From an uncultured Anaerolineales bacterium (GTDB lineage Bacteria; Chloroflexota; Anaerolineae; UBA7937; JACPPX01), in NCBI GenBank assembly GCA_964348195.1, contig CAYGBX010000009.1:1131-65130 (forward strand): a stretch of DNA of 64,000 nt. Direction: 5' to 3'. Below, in pieces: positions 60,674 through 64,000 of this stretch. Positions within the stretch are counted from its first letter, which is position 1. Every line of letters begins with the position of its first letter. Below the pieces are notes generated by a model that ran no database searches, had not been told where the DNA came from, and saw nothing but the letters and a program-made list of their open reading frames with translations. A program made the translations under genes and the position numbers.

Positions 60674-61628
60674 TTCCCCGGAGGTTGTGGCTCTGGGGGA
60701 GACCATGCTCCGGTTGACGACGCCTCCTGGGCTCGGTCTGGAGCAAAGCGAGACACTCCGGGCAGAGGTGGCCGGGGCAGAGTCAAACGTGGCCATCGGG
60801 CTCAGCCGGCTGGGCCTGCGGACGGGCTGGATCTCTCGGCTTCCCCAGAGCCCCTTGGGTCGGCGAGTGGTCAACAAGGTGCGAGAGCACGGGGTGGACA
60901 CTTCGCGAGTCATCTGGTCGGAGCAGGGCCGGCTCGGCACCTACTACGTGGAATTGGGCAGTCGTCCCCGCCCCACCCGCGTGCTGTATGACCGATCGGG
61001 ATCGGCCATGGCCCTTATCAATCCGGACGAAGTCGACTGGGAGTACCTCCGCGGCGTGCGGCTGCTCCACCTGTCTGGCATCACCCCTGCACTCAGCCCC
61101 TCCTGTCGAGATCTGGCGTCTCGTGCAGCGCAGGAAGCACGAAACGCCGGCTGTGGGATTTCCTTTGATGTGAACTACAGAGCGAGGCTATGGGGCACCG
61201 ACGAGGCCCGCCGCGTTCTGGGAGAGCTTGTGCGTGGTGTGGAGGTGCTGTTCAGCACTCGCGAAGAGGCGGAGATCCTGAGCGACGAAGCGGAAGATCT
61301 GGAGGAGCTGGCGAGAGCTATAGGGGAGAGCTTTGAGGTCGGGGTCACGGTCATAACAGACGGCAACCGCGGCACGGTAGCGGCGCGAGACGGAATCACC
61401 TATCGGGGAGAGACGCATGGCGTCGAAGCAGTGGACCGCGTCGGTGCGGGCGATGCCTTTGACGCCGGCTTCCTCTTTGGATACCTGAGAGACGGAGTAG
61501 AGCAGGGTCTGGCTTTCGGGGCAGCGCTGGCTTCGCTGCAGCACTCTTTTCTCGGAGACATCGCTTGGAGCACGGAGCAGGATCTCCTGAACCTGATCGA
61601 GCAAGGCGGGGAGGAGGCCTGGAGGTAG
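60663..61628 (+). CDS. kdgK: PfkB-family sugar kinase (2-dehydro-3-deoxygluconokinase-like)
   Basis: VVALGE.MLRL, GAE.NVA..L.RLG, and a C-terminal D.VGAGDAF.AGF anion hole. Confidence 0.8.
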   Translation: MGADSPEVVALGETMLRLTTPPGLGLEQSETLRAEVAGAESNVAIGLSRLGLRTGWISRLPQSPLGRRVVNKVREHGVDTSRVIWSEQGRLGTYYVELGSRPRPTRVLYDRSGSAMALINPDEVDWEYLRGVRLLHLSGITPALSPSCRDLASRAAQEARNAGCGISFDVNYRARLWGTDEARRVLGELVRGVEVLFSTREEAEILSDEAEDLEELARAIGESFEVGVTVITDGNRGTVAARDGITYRGETHGVEAVDRVGAGDAFDAGFLFGYLRDGVEQGLAFGAALASLQHSFLGDIAWSTEQDLLNLIEQGGEEAWR

Positions 61629-61637
61629 GGGGACCCG

Positions 61638-62408
61638 ATGCGGCTTGAAGACAGGGTAGCCATTGTGACGGGATCCGGGATGGGCATTGGCAAGGGGATC
61701 GCTCAGGTCTTCGCTGACGAAGGAGCGAGGATCGTGCTTGCGGAGATCAATGCCGAAGCAGGAGAGGCTGCGGCCGCGGAACTGTCGGAGGGCGGCGCCG
61801 ACGTCCTGCTCGTGCCGACGGACGTCTCTGATGAGAAGTCCGTCCAGACCATGGTGGAGCGTACCCTCGGTGCGTTTGAGGGAATCGATGTCTTGGTCAA
61901 CAACGCCGGGGTCGGAGTGTACAAGTCGGTGCTGGACACTTCGCTGGAGGACTGGGATCGCTGCCTCGACGTCAATCTCAAGGGGGTGTTTCTCTGTAGC
62001 AAGTATGCTCTCCCCCACATGCAGGCCCGCGGGAAGGGCAGCATCGTGAACATCGCGTCTGTCCACGCCGTGGCCACGGTGGCGGGCGTTGCGCCCTATG
62101 CTGCTTCGAAGGGGGGTGTGGCTGCCCTCACCCGCAACATGGCTATCGACTACGGGCCGACCATTCGGGTGAATGCGATCTGTCCTGGCTGGATTCTCAC
62201 CCCGCTGATCCAAGGGATCTTCGACGGATACGACGACCCAGTCGCCCAGCAGAGACTCATCGATGAGCGGCAGGTTATGAAGCGGATTGGGCGGCCCGAA
62301 GATATCGGGTTCGCCGCCCTGTACCTCGCCAGCGACGAGGCCTCATTTGTTACCGGGGCCACTCTGTTCGTTGACGGCGGGCTGACCGCTCAGCTGGAGG
62401 TGTGGTAG
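61638..62408 (+). CDS. short-chain dehydrogenase/reductase
   Basis: TGSGMGIG cofactor motif, NNAG and the catalytic Y..SK (YAASKGG). Confidence 0.88.
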   Translation: MRLEDRVAIVTGSGMGIGKGIAQVFADEGARIVLAEINAEAGEAAAAELSEGGADVLLVPTDVSDEKSVQTMVERTLGAFEGIDVLVNNAGVGVYKSVLDTSLEDWDRCLDVNLKGVFLCSKYALPHMQARGKGSIVNIASVHAVATVAGVAPYAASKGGVAALTRNMAIDYGPTIRVNAICPGWILTPLIQGIFDGYDDPVAQQRLIDERQVMKRIGRPEDIGFAALYLASDEASFVTGATLFVDGGLTAQLEVW

Positions 62409-62441
62409 ATCCTTCCTCCGGTCCACGGCGCTGTCTCAGCG

Positions 62442-63350
62442 GTGGGACTCCATCTGCAACGGATTCGCACCGACCCGCAACCCCCGGCGCAAGTAGAGGT
62501 CTGGGGCGAGGTGTCTACCGGGCTGCGCTCCCAGATCACTGCGACCCACTTGAACCGTCTCGACTCTGTGGGCTATGGCTTCGGAGTTGGCGCGGTCGGC
62601 CTGGAACCTGCAGAGGCACTCCACCGTCTCGGCGAGATGGTCGTCGTCAGGCGGATCGCCCTGTGGACACCCGCGGGACAGGAGAGGCCCAAAGCGCGTA
62701 TGGAGGCTCCCGGGGCCATCATTCAGAGCCCTTTTATGGTGCACTGGGATGGGAGAGTTAACGCGGCCTATCGTTTCGACCACCGGACAGGAATCCGGCT
62801 GGACGCTATTCTGCGGGGTGTGTTCGAGTCCCTAGATCAGGTCCTTCCCAGCCCGGCGGAGGCCGCCTCGGTGATGCTGCTAGCCCGGACCGGGCCAAAC
62901 CAGGTGCGCGACCAGGTGGTGATCGAACGGATGACTCCGGACAACGCCCCTCCGGCCGGAGGGTTGATTGCGGATCCCCCTCATCGCGATCGCTTCTTCT
63001 CGCGCGACACGGTTCTGGGGACCTGGCCCGACGAGCAGAGCGTCACTCTCTTGGCGCTTGCCCTCGTGCTGGATGCGAGCCGGAGACGGAGCGCTCAGGG
63101 GAGTTTCGAGAGAGCCTTCTGGCCGGTTCGGGACCCAAGGTCGGTCGAGGGGCTGCAGCTGCATTGCCACGCCGCGGTCACACCCAGGAGCGATGTGCCT
63201 CTCGATGACCCAGGCGCATCGGTAGACGACCTGGGCCGTAGCTTGCTCTCCGTCGCGCAAAGCGCGGGCGAGCCAGCCGTCGTCCACCTGATGCCGGACA
63301 CAGAGCTTAGGCAGGGGGTCATCGCGGTGGGCCTTCCCGCGGGAGGCTAG
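62442..63350 (+). CDS. hypothetical protein
   Basis: 302-aa ORF immediately after the SDR gene. No motif recognised. Codon bias looks coding but the evidence is weak. Confidence 0.35.
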   Translation: MGLHLQRIRTDPQPPAQVEVWGEVSTGLRSQITATHLNRLDSVGYGFGVGAVGLEPAEALHRLGEMVVVRRIALWTPAGQERPKARMEAPGAIIQSPFMVHWDGRVNAAYRFDHRTGIRLDAILRGVFESLDQVLPSPAEAASVMLLARTGPNQVRDQVVIERMTPDNAPPAGGLIADPPHRDRFFSRDTVLGTWPDEQSVTLLALALVLDASRRRSAQGSFERAFWPVRDPRSVEGLQLHCHAAVTPRSDVPLDDPGASVDDLGRSLLSVAQSAGEPAVVHLMPDTELRQGVIAVGLPAGG

Positions 63351-63440
63351 CGGCCCTTTCAGGGGGACGGGACGCGCTCAGGCGAAGCGAACAAGGGCTC
63401 TGAGCGGGCGGAGCCCAGGCCGACTTGGGGGGAGGGCCTG

Positions 63441-64000
63441 TTAGTCGGTACCGACGTCTGGCGCCTCCCTGACCGGCAACTCCTCGGACTCGACCAGGGA
63501 GACGATGGCCGCCACCACCACGGGATCGAACTGGGTGCCGGCTCCGCTCCGCAGCTCGTCTAGAGTCTCCTCCAGAGTCAAGGGCGCTCGGTAGGGCCGC
63601 TCAGAAAGCATGGCGTCGAAGGCATCGACTGCCCCTAGGATCCGGGCGCCGGCAGCAATATCATTTCCCTTCCGACCCTGGGGATAACCCGTACCGTCGT
63701 ACCTTTCACGGTGCTGGACGATGCAGGAGAGGACCCGCGGGTCGAACCCGACCGGATCCAGGATCCGGGCACCGAGGTCGGGATGGCCGTCGATGATCCG
63801 CCGCTCTCTTGCGTTCAGCGACCCAGGCTTGAGTAGGATCTCGTCTGGCACGCCCAGTTTGCCTATGTCGTGCAGGTAGGCAGCGACCTCGAGGACAGGC
63901 AAGTCCTCGTCGGGAAGCCCAATCTTCCTGGCCACCTTCAGCGCCGTAGACACGACACGCTGGGCGTGGCCGTGGGTGTGAGGATCGCGAGCGTCTATCG
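63441..64000 (-). CDS. HD-GYP-type phosphohydrolase domain protein (5' end outside the window)
   Basis: HDIGKLGVPDEILLKPG...E...I..HP, ...RYDGTGYPQG. The frame stays open upstream of the track start through ..DPHTHGHAQRVV.. to base 64000. Confidence 0.8.
   Translation of the reverse strand, partial: IDARDPHTHGHAQRVVSTALKVARKIGLPDEDLPVLEVAAYLHDIGKLGVPDEILLKPGSLNARERRIIDGHPDLGARILDPVGFDPRVLSCIVQHRERYDGTGYPQGRKGNDIAAGARILGAVDAFDAMLSERPYRAPLTLEETLDELRSGAGTQFDPVVVAAIVSLVESEELPVREAPDVGTD

Overview
GC-rich bacterial chromosomal segment. I saw no rRNA, CRISPR array, transposase or integrase. All family calls rest on motif and architecture recognition by eye, with no database search. I support about 60 CDS, 8 tRNAs (including a tRNA-Sec) and a long-form SRP RNA. 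Main blocks, in order: (1) a GT2 glycosyltransferase, a Yip1-like membrane protein, tRNA-Sec, and a respiratory bc-type operon (split cytochrome b, Rieske protein, dihaem cytochrome c). (2) A co-directional minus-strand operon (7.0-14.1 kb) for inositol phospholipid / PIM-like glycolipid synthesis: myo-inositol-1-phosphate synthase, two tandem HtrB/PatA-like acyltransferases, a PHP phosphoesterase, a PimA-like GT4, a CDP-alcohol phosphatidyltransferase and an ACT protein. (3) Housekeeping genes: nfi, Sir2 deacylase, ftsH, secG, lysS, greA, tadA, rsmA, rseP. (4) A DtxR-family regulator divergent from an FTR1 iron permease. (5) An LprG-like lipoprotein plus MFS pair arranged like the mycobacterial lprG-p55 operon. 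(6) selD with an in-frame UGA (Sec) that the ORF track truncates. (7) An uncharacterised zinc-ribbon gene cluster downstream of tRNA-Lys and tRNA-Thr. (8) An IclR-headed sugar-acid uptake and catabolism locus (51.5-62.4 kb). The most unusual non-genic signal is that many intergenic regions consist of degenerate 25-40 bp tandem minisatellites. Several of these share a common core. Many long ORFs in the track are antisense or overlapping shadow ORFs typical of GC-rich DNA and are not reported as genes.
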